A stretch of DNA of 63,673 nucleotides, filler included, from Aduncisulcus paluster (lineage: Eukaryota): the NCBI GenBank assembly GCA_024181965.1. It is 8 parts of 8 records of this genome, joined end to end, with 100 filler letters (N's around TTAATTAATTAA, not from the genome) between each part and the next. Parts side by side here need not be neighbours in the genome. Positions count along the whole stretch, not along the records: positions 1 to 12,841 come from BQXS01000032.1; positions 12,942 to 18,997 come from BQXS01000035.1; positions 19,098 to 35,535 come from BQXS01000037.1; 5 more parts are not named here. The stretch is one strand, 5' to 3'. The position numbers and the translations under genes are program-made. Shown piece by piece: positions 12,766 to 22,878 of the stretch; position 1 is the stretch's first letter; each line of letters opens with the position of its first letter. The notes under the pieces were generated by a model. It saw nothing but the letters and a program-made list of their open reading frames with translations. It did no database searches and was not told the DNA's origin.

Positions 12766-12841
12766 TATATAAATGATGTCTGCTGCTGTTGCTGGTATGG
12801 AATAAGCTAAGACGGATAGAAATGGATGTATAAATTGCAGA

Positions 12842-12941
12842 NNNNNNNNNNNNNNNNNNNNNNNNNNNNNNNNNNNNNNNNNNNNTTAATTAATTAANNN
12901 NNNNNNNNNNNNNNNNNNNNNNNNNNNNNNNNNNNNNNNNN
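12842..12941. other. Artificial contig linker (N44-TTAATTAATTAA-N44); same at 18998..19097, 35536..35635, 41990..42089, 44730..44829, 49300..49399, 60644..60743
   Basis: Identical 100-nt spacers with an all-frame stop cassette. Genes are truncated at these edges. Confidence 0.98.
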
Positions 12942-13910
12942 GAATCTGCATGTGTGTGTGCGACAGGATTCTACCTTGATACAGCCATTAGCACCTGTGC
13001 TGCTGCCGATGATGGAGTCTGTGACACATGTGGTGGAGAAAGAGGTGAATGTGTTTACTCGATTGATCTTTCAACAACTGTGTGTGAATGTTTCGATGGA
13101 TGGTTTGGGGATGAATGTTCAAGTCAATGTCCGACCGATTCTAACGGTAATGTTTGTAGCAGCAATGGAACTTGTAACTATGCCTTTAGTATGTGTTCTT
13201 GTTCCAATGACACATTCTTTGGGTCTGCATGTCAATTGGAATGTGTCGCTGAGGTCGATTGTTCTGGAAATGGAACGTGTAAATTCACAACAGAAAATGG
13301 TTTAGAATTAGTGACATGTCAGTGCAATGATGGGTTTGGAGGAGATTCATGTGAAAATGTTATCTCATCCTCAATGGAGACTTGGGTTCTCGTTTTGATC
13401 ATTTGTGGTAGTGTTGCAGTTGTTTGTGTTGTAGTTGTAATAATTGTGAAGTGTTCATGTTCTTCTAAATCTTCAAAGAAAAAGAGTGCTCATAAGAGAA
13501 AGAATGTGTCTGGTCAAAATAGCCGTGATCTCCCTGAGATGCAAATGGTTAGTAATCCCATGTTTAGGAAATCAAAGATCCATGTTCATTCTGAAATGCA
13601 AATGGTTAGAAATCCAATGCTCAGAAAATCAACTATTCCTCCCCATCTACCAGTATTTATTTCCCCTATACCTCAACCCCATCCAGTCATTGAAACTCGA
13701 CAACTAATTCATTCGCAACCAATTGATGTATTTATTCATCCCATGGGATCTGGGGATATGATTGTTTCAGACCCATCAATGCCACCAATCCCAATGCCAC
13801 CAGGACTCGTTGGATCTACTCCTATTCCTGGACATCATGATACAACACATGTCCAAGAGTATGATCATATGGAGCCTATCATGAGCGGTGAGATCGACGA
13901 ATTGGTTTAA
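12942..13910 (+). CDS. EGF-like repeat type I membrane protein, 5' partial
   Basis: CxCxxGWxGxxC repeats, hydrophobic TM segment (WVLVLIICGSVAVVCVVVVIIV), basic stop-transfer stretch, and a Pro-rich tail with a duplicated EMQMVxNPM motif. Confidence 0.85.
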   Translation, partial: ESACVCATGFYLDTAISTCAAADDGVCDTCGGERGECVYSIDLSTTVCECFDGWFGDECSSQCPTDSNGNVCSSNGTCNYAFSMCSCSNDTFFGSACQLECVAEVDCSGNGTCKFTTENGLELVTCQCNDGFGGDSCENVISSSMETWVLVLIICGSVAVVCVVVVIIVKCSCSSKSSKKKSAHKRKNVSGQNSRDLPEMQMVSNPMFRKSKIHVHSEMQMVRNPMLRKSTIPPHLPVFISPIPQPHPVIETRQLIHSQPIDVFIHPMGSGDMIVSDPSMPPIPMPPGLVGSTPIPGHHDTTHVQEYDHMEPIMSGEIDELV

Positions 13911-14242
13911 TTATATCCGAAATTTCTCATTTTCCCTATATCTTGATGACATAACAAGATTGATAATTATTCATTAAAGTTTAATGGTTAAAAAATAAAT
14001 ATTATCTCTTGAAAAGCCAAAATTAAAATGGATGCCAATTTGGCATTGCACTTGTGGATACACAAGAATTCAAGTGTAAATGATCTGATAATTGTGCAAG
14101 AAAGATAACTTATCCCTAGATTTATAGCAGAAATGCCATCATGACACACGTGATGTGTCAAAATAAAATGTTCATCATGAACAGGCATGATGCCGTTGGA
14201 AACTAGTGGTTAAGTCCAAAATTCATTTTATTGGAAAAGAGA

Positions 14243-14697
14243 TTATTTAATGGCAACTAATTCAACGTCGAAGATCAAAGTAGCATTAGGGGGGATGATT
14301 CCACCAGCACCACGAGCTCCATAACCGAAGTCAGGATCAATGGTCAAAGTAGCCTTTTCTCCAACACACATGGTGAGCAAACCTTCATCCCAACCTCTGA
14401 TAACTTGGCCCTTACCAACTTGGAATTCAAGAGGCTTGCCACGCTTGCGGGAAGAGTCGAACATCTTTCCATTAGTAAGCTTTCCTATAGAGCATAAAAC
14501 CGACAAAATAATTCAGGAAATAAATAAAATGACGAATATAAATATAAATATATAAAATTAATAGTTCATAATTGTTATTAAAACCAAAAAAGGAAAACTT
14601 GCGCCAACATACCCTCGTAGTGAACAGCGATAGTATCACCGCGCTTAGGTTTTTTTGTTCTATCACCGACAGTGGTTGTAACTTTTTTGTAACCCAT
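14243..14697 (-). CDS. FKBP1: FKBP-type peptidyl-prolyl isomerase (FKBP12); exons 14697..14613 and 14484..14243
   Basis: Spliced 108 aa: MGYKKVTT...[16 protein letters not shown]...VIRGWDEG...[13 protein letters not shown]. 128-nt GTATGT...TAG intron. Confidence 0.95.
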
Positions 14698-15258
14698 GTG
14701 ACAAAAATAAATAATTAAAGCGGGCAATGTAGGGTTTTGCTTTTCTTCTCAATTTATAAGAAAATGATTGTATTTTCGTACAGAGCCATTTTCAATTAAT
14801 TTTATTTGTGCAAAAAATAGTTTATTTATTGGGGTTTCGAGTACAGATCATCAATTTCAATTTTGAAAAAAATAATGAGCCAGAATCATTTTGTAAATTG
14901 AACAATGTGGAATTATTAAATCTTAAATGATATTATTTCATCCGATTCTCTTTCAAAAAAGGGAAATTATGACTTTGGCTCTCTCTTCACGGTTGATAAT
15001 ATGAATGGCAATATTTTGAAGAGAATCCTCATTTCAGATTGTATTTAATTTGTCATTGAATTAATTCTTGATGAATCCATTCTAGATGTTGAAATAGCAT
15101 TATGCTATGCATAACATCCATCTGAGAGAGATATGGGTATGTATCGCATTGTTATTATGATGAAATTAATCATATAAGTAAGTTTTCATCTTGGTATGGT
15201 GATTATATTATTGCCTTTAAGCCGAAGGTAGAAATGTCGTGATATTGACATCACACAA

Positions 15259-16337
15259 ATGTTTCAATCTTTTATTTTACCAGGAAAAGAACATGTATGT
15301 TATCCAAGTTTTATTTCGCTTATTTTTTATATAAATATATCATTTTTCTCAATGTTATCAGCATGTACGAATTGAATGATTCAATTCTTCTTTCCACATT
15401 TTCATTAGCCTGTCAAATTTGATGAAGAAATAGCATATACAGAAACTTCTAAAGATATCCCACCAGTTGATGGCCTTGTTCAACCAGCTCCTGGCCGTTT
15501 ACATCGTCTTCATGGTACTACAACCCTTGGATTTGTGTTTCAGCATGGTGTGTTAATAGCTGTCGATTCTCGGTCAACCATGGGTCAATATATTTCTTCC
15601 CAAACCGTCAAAAAAGTTATTGAGATCACTCCACGGTTATTGGGTACAATGGCTGGTGGTGCAGCTGATTGTGACTACTGGGAGCGTCGTTTAGCTCGTC
15701 GTGTTCGGTTGAGGGAGCTTGAAAGCAAGGAAGAAGTGACAGTTGCTGCCGCAAGTCGTATGCTTGCCAATATGCTTTATTACTACAAAGGAATGGGCCT
15801 CAGTGTGGGGACTATGGTTGCCGGATTTGATGCCAGTGGTCCTCATTTGTACTATGTCGACAACGATGGAGTCAGATACCATAACGATAGATTCTCTGTG
15901 GGAAGTGGATCAACGTATGCCTATGCAATCCTCGATCNNNNNNNNNNNNNNNNNNNNGTCGTATGCTTGCCAATATGCTTTATTACTACAAAGGAATGGG
16001 CCTCAGTGTGGGGACTATGGTTGCCGGATTTGATGCCAGTGGTCCTCATTTGTACTATGTCGACAACGATGGAGTCAGATACCATAACGATAGATTCTCT
16101 GTGGGAAGTGGATCAACGTATGCCTATGCAATCCTCGATCAAGAATATAGATATGATCTCTCTGTGGAAGAGGCTGTTACTCTTGGAAGGAGAGCTATTT
16201 ATCATGCTACTCATAGAGACGCAATGAGTGGAGGTTTCATTAATGTTTATCTTATGACAGAAGATGGTTGGCAACGCTATCCCACCAAAGATTGTTATGT
16301 TGAACATTACGGAGAAGAGGAACCTTTCTTAGAATAA
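15259..16337 (+). CDS. PSMB5: 20S proteasome subunit beta 5; exon 1 15259..15294, intron 15295..15408
   Basis: Propeptide ends in HG|TTTLGF (catalytic Thr at 15517). Motifs [16 protein letters not shown] and HRDAMSGG. An internal 20-N gap with duplicated flanks lies at 15938..15957. Confidence 0.95.
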
Positions 16338-16563
16338 TTTATATAACATGAATAAAAGTATTTTAAGCTAAACATCTTGAAGATGCACCAAAAGTGATTT
16401 CCACCTTTTTTTGAAGTCTTTTTTTATATTAAAAATTTAATAATAACCAATTTTAACATAAATTTACTTATTTTCAGGACCATTTAACAATTGAATGAAT
16501 TTAAAAACGAATATATCTTCTTTTGGTTGATTCAGAAGATAGTATAATTCTTTCATACTATAA

Positions 16564-18997
16564 ATGTCTAGTACATTTGATTATCATCAAAGATATTCGA
16601 CTGATATCCTTAGTGCAGCTCCGGTTCGAGCTCAAGGTGGATTTCAACGCCCACTCCCCGAATTTGGCAATAATCATCAGCAAAAGCAAGAAAAAATTCG
16701 TCAAATAGGTTTAAGTGAAGATATTCTCGATATATTTGTTAAGGAATGTAAAAATAAGCAGGTTATTGGAGATTTGTGTGCAATTGACAATGAAAAGGCA
16801 AAAGAAATGTTAAATGAAATTGAATTAAATATAAAAGCGATAAAAGATATAATTATTTCCTTCGATATAACTCCTCCTTATATTTTCCACCCAATAGTAG
16901 CCAAATCTTATGGAGCTCTTCTATTATGGAGTAGTGAGAAATATTTCCAAATAATGATGAAATGCCAGGTTATTGGCACTGTTACGCACACTTTCGTGAG
17001 ACTTATGATTGAAACGCGAGCCGTTGTTCCCGCGAGTATGTTTTTGTCGTTGTATCAACGTTGTAAGCAATTGGGGCTTGGAGAACGCCGGAAAACTATT
17101 GTACGCCTCATTAAAAGCAATTGTCCTGTCGTGGATTCGTATGACGGGTGTCCTGGCTATTGGAGTCCTAATGGAGACGAAGAATCTGATTTCCTTACTA
17201 ATGGTTCAGTTCAATATAGTGTAGGATCGTCTATTCCTGTCGAGAAACATCATCCGCACGTCATATCAACGTCTTCTCCAAATTCTACATCTTTTACAAC
17301 CCCAATGATGCCCCTTAATGGTGAAGCTCAAGAGGTAGAGAGAGAGGAGGTAGAGAAAGAAAAGGAAGAGAAAGAAGAAGATAGGATAGAAAAGGTAGAG
17401 AGAGAGGAGGAAGAGAGAGAAAAGGATGAGATAGAGGATTCAGATATTATTGATCAGAATATATCTCCTATGGATGATAGGTCAGCTTCTTCGTTCAGGC
17501 GTGGAAAGATGAGAGAGTGGATGAAACAATCATGGAAAAGAAGAGAACTTGATATTTTATTTGAGGATGATGATCTCTCTGAGAAGTTGGAAGAGGTTGG
17601 AAAAGAACTAGAAAAACGAAACATGAGGAAAAAGAAGAAAGAAGAAGAGGAGGCAAGAGAAAGGAGAAAGAGAGAGATGGAACAGTCAATGTCAATAGAA
17701 AAAGAGAAAGAGAAAGAAAAAGAGGGAGAGAAAGAAAGAGAAAGGGAAGAGACTGATGAAACTGCTGAAGAAATATTATATCTTGGCGATTCAGATGCTA
17801 TACACTCTGATTCAGATGCTATCCACTCTCAGTCTCAGTCTAAGAATCCTCAAATGTCTTCTCATATGTCTCCTCATATGTCTTCTCAATTCAGTGAAAT
17901 AGATAGAAAGAAAGGTCTCGTTCATTCTTCTTCTTCTTCTTCTTCTTCTTCTTCTTCTTCTTCTATTCGGCCATGCAAATCTCAGCCTCTTTTGAAAGAG
18001 AAGGAAGAGAGAGAGGAAGAGAGAGAGGAAGAGAGAGAGGAAAGTGAAGAGAAGGCTGTGTTAATGATTGATGATAATACACACGAAGATATAAAAGCGA
18101 AGGATAATAATGTCTCTGAAAGCCACAAAGATACGTCTGATAGCACTCATAATCTGGATATTTCTCCTCTTGACATTGATGCTCCAAGTTCTGTATCGGA
18201 CACAGACATTCATTCACCGTTTAAACTGAAGGAAAAGGAAGAAGGAGAGAAGCAAGAGGGAGAGAAGGAAGAGGATGTAAAAGAACAAGAAGAAGAGAAG
18301 AAAGTAGAAGAGAAGCAAGAAAAAACAGAAAAAGGAAAGAAGAGAATAGAGAATGAGCAAGGAAAAGAAGAAGAGAAAGAGAAAGAAGAAGAAGAGAAAG
18401 AAGAAGAAGAGAGAAGAAGAAGAGGAAGGAGATAGTACAATAGATAAGGATGAACGGGAGAAAAGAGGAGGAAAAGGGAGTATTCATGGAAAGCGTCGTA
18501 GCTCAGGAACTGTTGATATAGGTCACAATCATAACAGTCCACTGAACCATCACACAGGATCATCCAAACGTCGTTCTTCAGGTTCCAAACGTCGTTCTTC
18601 AGGTTCCAAACGTCGTTCTTCAGGTAGTAGTACGAAATGGATATTATTCCCTCCCAAAAGAGGATTGACTATTAAAGATCTTGTGTCCAAACCCATTGAA
18701 TCTCAACAATATGAGTCCTTTGCTTCAGAACCCGTACGAATTGGATGTTCATGTATTTATGGTCGGAAAGATATTCAAGTCAACGTACAGGATGAGTATT
18801 ATGAAGACATTGACGTTGATGATGAGGAAGAGAAGGAAGGAGAGGGGGAAATTAAGAATAAGAAGACGACCAAAAAGAAGAAGAAAGTCAAGAGGAATGT
18901 TGTGAAGAAAGGGGAAGGTTATCCATATCCCATGATTGATTCCAAGACATTATCTATTCTTTACAAGAGTCAAAATGCACCTGAAATGTCACAATAT
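16564..18997 (+). CDS. Hypothetical protein with long E/K/S-rich low-complexity region; frameshifted near 18410, 3' partial
   Basis: ORFs 16564..18435 and 18353..contig end overlap in a GA-only tract. A (SKRRSSG)3 repeat lies at ~18562..18625. Confidence 0.65.
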
Positions 18998-19097
18998 NNN
19001 NNNNNNNNNNNNNNNNNNNNNNNNNNNNNNNNNNNNNNNNNTTAATTAATTAANNNNNNNNNNNNNNNNNNNNNNNNNNNNNNNNNNNNNNNNNNNN

Positions 19098-19737
19098 CGT
19101 ACACACTTTGAAAGATGAACAGCAAGAACTTGGAGTTGGAAAGTTTGATTTCGATTGGCGTGAACACCATGAACTTGAGAATCCTGAATGGGTTCATGAT
19201 GCTGTCCCAGAAGAATATCAAGGACATAATGTTGCTGATTGGATCGATCCAGAGATTGAGAAGAAATTGGCTGCCCTTGAGGAGGAAGAGGACAGAATGA
19301 TTGCCGAATTCAAGGCAAAATGGGATGGCGGAAAGGCATACGCTTCACTGAAGGAATGGGAGAAGAAGTACAAGCGTGTGAAGAAGGCGCCTGAATTCAC
19401 TTCTACAAAGGTTCCCGCAAAAGCTATCAAACGTCGGCTCCGTGCTGACACTGAATATACTGCCCTCGATACTGTTGCTGGAGAGGATGTTGACGTTAGG
19501 AAGACTCTGAAACAGAGCTCTAAAATTAGACAATTGAGAAAGAGACAAACCGGTAGAATGTTAGAAACTGGTGTGAAGACTGCCTCTGAACTTAAGAGAA
19601 TTGAGAAAAGAGACAAAAGAGAAAATCGTTCGAGATTGAGAGAAGGTCAACAAGGTGTCACCGATAAGATTATTGTTGATCCAAAACCAAAGCATTTATT
19701 CAGCGGAAAGATGGGCTTCAAACGCGATTGGATTTAA
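19098..19737 (+). CDS. NOG1: Nucleolar GTP-binding protein 1, C-terminal part (5' partial)
   Basis: NOGCT-like segment W..D.VPE...GHNVADWIDPEIEKKLAALEEEE and C-terminal KPKHLFSGKMG. Confidence 0.9.
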
Positions 19738-19955
19738 TCCCACATGAAATTTGATTCCTTTTAAATTTTCTCAACTTCTATGAAGTCCTTCTCGGTTCGA
19801 GAATCTCTTATTACAATCTCTGATTATCATTTCTATAAATTTCTTCCCAAGTCTAATTCTTGCCGATAGAAATGAGAAATATTTCAATATCGTCAAGATA
19901 GCGCTATTGAATTTTATAAAATAAAAGCCTTTTAAATCGATCTATATCCTCTTGA

Positions 19956-20492
19956 TCATTTCTTCAACCACCGTCCAACTTCTGGATATTTATCTTTCAT
20001 ATCAAGATAGAGCCAAACCATACGATCAACAAACCAAGTTTTAAATATAATAATTATAATATTTCCAACAAAAAGACTCCAAAAATGAAACTTCCAGAGT
20101 CCGAACACAAAAAAAGGCAGACCAAGGGAAGTTAATAATTGCAATATACGACAGATTTTTTTGTGATGTTGAGGAATATTCAATTTGTTTTGAAGGTAAA
20201 TCCGTTCACCAAATGTGCACATGGATGCCCAGTTGTCAGTTGTAGTAGGAATAGGAAATATTCTTGGATTCAACCAAATCCATAATATGGTAATAATAAT
20301 TGGAATAACCGAATAAATTCCAATCCATTTTCGTGACCATGTAGAGATAGAAAGAAGAGGTAATGCTGTAAAGCGTGAATAGACGCTAAGAGGATTTGAA
20401 TGTCGTAACCAAACATTTTCATCCATACTCATCGAATTTTCACATAATTTCATAACAGAAGAAGCGGAGTTTGATTTTGGTGTTGGGGTCAT
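19956..20492 (-). CDS. DUF6653-like membrane protein, prokaryote-like
   Basis: Motifs W.RHSNP.SVYSRF, W.WLNP..FP.P and WAS..TFGER, several TM segments, intronless. Family assignment is from recall. Confidence 0.7.
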   Translation of the reverse strand: MTPTPKSNSASSVMKLCENSMSMDENVWLRHSNPLSVYSRFTALPLLSISTWSRKWIGIYSVIPIIITILWIWLNPRIFPIPTTTDNWASMCTFGERIYLQNKLNIPQHHKKICRILQLLTSLGLPFFVFGLWKFHFWSLFVGNIIIIIFKTWFVDRMVWLYLDMKDKYPEVGRWLKK

Positions 20493-20609
20493 TTACAGAG
20501 AAATATCACCCATGAAAAGATTTCATTGACAGAGTCTGAGATACAAATGAAATCCGAAATATCCCACTTTAATTCTCTTTAACAGTAGCATCCATAATGT
20601 TTTTATAAT

Positions 20610-21503
20610 TTATTCTCCCGTGTTTGTTTGTAAATAATACAACAATCGTTTGGCAAATAGTTCAGTCAATCTACAAGATTCAAGATCACACGAATCAAAT
20701 GCTTCAACATATTCATGATGCAAAGAAGAAGCCGAAGATGTTGAATCAAGGGCTAACAATCGGAAAAATCTCTTATTTTTTGTCGGATGGGCACAGGCGG
20801 CAATTGAAGCCAAGGGATCCAGAGCGAAAGAAGATCTTTCCAATACATTTCTGATGCGTTCTCTAGCCTCCGATCTAATAATTAATCCTTTTGCGGTGAA
20901 TTCATGGGTTGTTGGGGAGCCAGAAAAAAGCGAGACTTGTTTGACAATTCCCATCTTAAGTAATCTGTGTAAACACTTCTTACGAAGAAAATGAGTATCT
21001 GCAACAAATGTTGAAAATGAGGATTTTTTCGTTAAAAATTCAAATATTTCATCAAGAGAAGGATGGGAATCAGTTAGAGTAAAATGCTTCGTGACAAATT
21101 TGTTAATTTTCTGCAAAACATAAATATCGACGGAATCTTCTGATATCTTATGTACATCTGCAATACAAAATACAGGAAGGGATAGAATTTCTGAATCAGA
21201 AAGAGTAGTAGTATCAACTGGAGTTGAAAAGCTCAACATCCCGTTATAAAACAAAGATCCAACTATTACAGCTCGTAATCCAGCTCTCTCCTCAAATTCA
21301 TGTTCTTGAGATTGCGTTATTGTCCTTCCTGCATCAATGGGATGCCGAGTCAGCAAGAAAAATAGATCAGAACTCGGAAGAGATGTGGATGAACTTGTAA
21401 GCGATAAACGGGAGGAAGATGAGGGAAAGGAAATTGTAGGCATCTTATCAACAGTTGTACGTCCAAAATCTTTAATTTTATCGACAAATCGACTCATAGA
21501 CAT
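20610..21503 (-). CDS. GOLPH3/Vps74 (GPP34)-like Golgi protein
   Basis: GLRAVIVGSLFYNGML resembles GOLPH3 GLRGCMLIELALRGRL. LLKMGIV...TTHEFT resembles LVEKGVL...TTHPLT. Confidence 0.6.
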   Translation of the reverse strand: MSMSRFVDKIKDFGRTTVDKMPTISFPSSSSRLSLTSSSTSLPSSDLFFLLTRHPIDAGRTITQSQEHEFEERAGLRAVIVGSLFYNGMLSFSTPVDTTTLSDSEILSLPVFCIADVHKISEDSVDIYVLQKINKFVTKHFTLTDSHPSLDEIFEFLTKKSSFSTFVADTHFLRKKCLHRLLKMGIVKQVSLFSGSPTTHEFTAKGLIIRSEARERIRNVLERSSFALDPLASIAACAHPTKNKRFFRLLALDSTSSASSLHHEYVEAFDSCDLESCRLTELFAKRLLYYLQTNTGE

Positions 21504-22395
21504 AATATAATCAGGAATTTTCTATAAAGAAGGATCAGAAATATATTAAATATAAAAGGGATACGTATATAGATGATTGTATAGAATGTTCAAAAGCTAA
21601 CCATCATGGAATAAAAAAAAATTAGCAGAATGATGGATCTTGGGTTAGTAGTAGACCAAAGACAAAAAAAATTGGGGAAGAAATATCACATGAAACTCAA
21701 TAAAACTCAATACCACAGTTTATACCTTAGGATATTATTACATGNNNNNNNNNNNNNNNNNNNNTTCTATAAAGAAGGATCAGAAATATATTAAATATAA
21801 AAGGGATACGTATATAGATGATTGTATAGAATGTTCAAAAGCTAACCATCATGGAATAAAAAAAAATTAGCAGAATGATGGATCTTGGGTTAGTAGTAGA
21901 CCAAAGACAAAAAAAATTGGGGAAGAAATATCACATGAAACTCAATAAAACTCAATACCACAGTTTATACCTTAGGATATTATTACATGGAGCCAAAATC
22001 AATAAATTAATTCAATCAATCACATTTCAAGTTGAAATCAGTGATTTTTCATCAATTAAGACAATTTTTTATTTTTTTAAACCATATTTTATTTCAATTC
22101 CTTTTTTAAAGAACCCGGAGACTTGTGTTCGATAGATCCTAACTAAAACTCAGAAATATTGTCATTTCATTACCAAGATAATAAAACAACAAGAGTTTGT
22201 CCAGATTTATAAAAACGCAACGTTTCACCGCATAACCCCAACACCTCTTCCTTCTTTCAGGAAGTCTTCAAACTCTATGGATGAGATCACTCGAATCTGT
22301 TGACTCATCACAAATATTATTATTATAATTCTTATTATTGTTATATTCTGATCTTGACTTCAACAATCAACATCATAGTATGCTTAATACTATTC

Positions 22396-22878
22396 CTAAT
22401 AAACATCATGACTGGTTGATGAGCCATTCCTTTTGTTTCTAATAGCGCCACTACCGCTCCTCCTAAGCGTTAAAGAAGGAGGAATCAATCTTCCGCTAGC
22501 CCTACGCATACGTTCTGTGTGAGGACGTATCCGGGCGGACATTGTGGAGGAGGAGAAGGATCCACGAATAGAAGAAGAAGAATGGGACGAGACAGGAGAG
22601 ACAACGCCCTCTTTGTGCGACATTGAGGCCCTCAGCGTGGTTCCACTCATGCCATCTCCATTGCCACTCGCATAAGAGGGGATTACGGGCGTAGATTGAG
22701 TTAACTGCCTTGATATTCTCCTCCGAGCACGCAAAGCAGCCTTGGATATTTGTTCTTTATCACTTAACAAGGAAGAAGAGGAAGAAGAGAGAGAACTTGG
22801 GGCAGAAGAATTTGCTTCTTGAGCTGAACTGGGTCCATTTGAACTATCTTTAGTACTTCTTCTTCTTACCGCCTCCAC
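22396..22878 (-). CDS. Ser/Arg-rich ORF continuing the kinesin tail in the +1 frame
   Basis: 160-codon open frame overlapping the kinesin stop, with coding-like composition and no ATG at its start. Confidence 0.45.
   Translation of the reverse strand: MEAVRRRSTKDSSNGPSSAQEANSSAPSSLSSSSSSLLSDKEQISKAALRARRRISRQLTQSTPVIPSYASGNGDGMSGTTLRASMSHKEGVVSPVSSHSSSSIRGSFSSSTMSARIRPHTERMRRASGRLIPPSLTLRRSGSGAIRNKRNGSSTSHDVY

Larger units (their letters stand above)
10884..12808. repeat. Right arm of ~1.9 kb inverted duplication
   Basis: Reverse complement of 1..1887, except for the non-homologous patch 11975..12140 and patchy substitutions in PPT. Confidence 0.95.

Noticed and set aside
15068-15125. Possible C/D box snoRNA (TGATGA...CTGA)
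   Set aside because: No convincing terminal stem and no rRNA-complementary guide that I could recognise.
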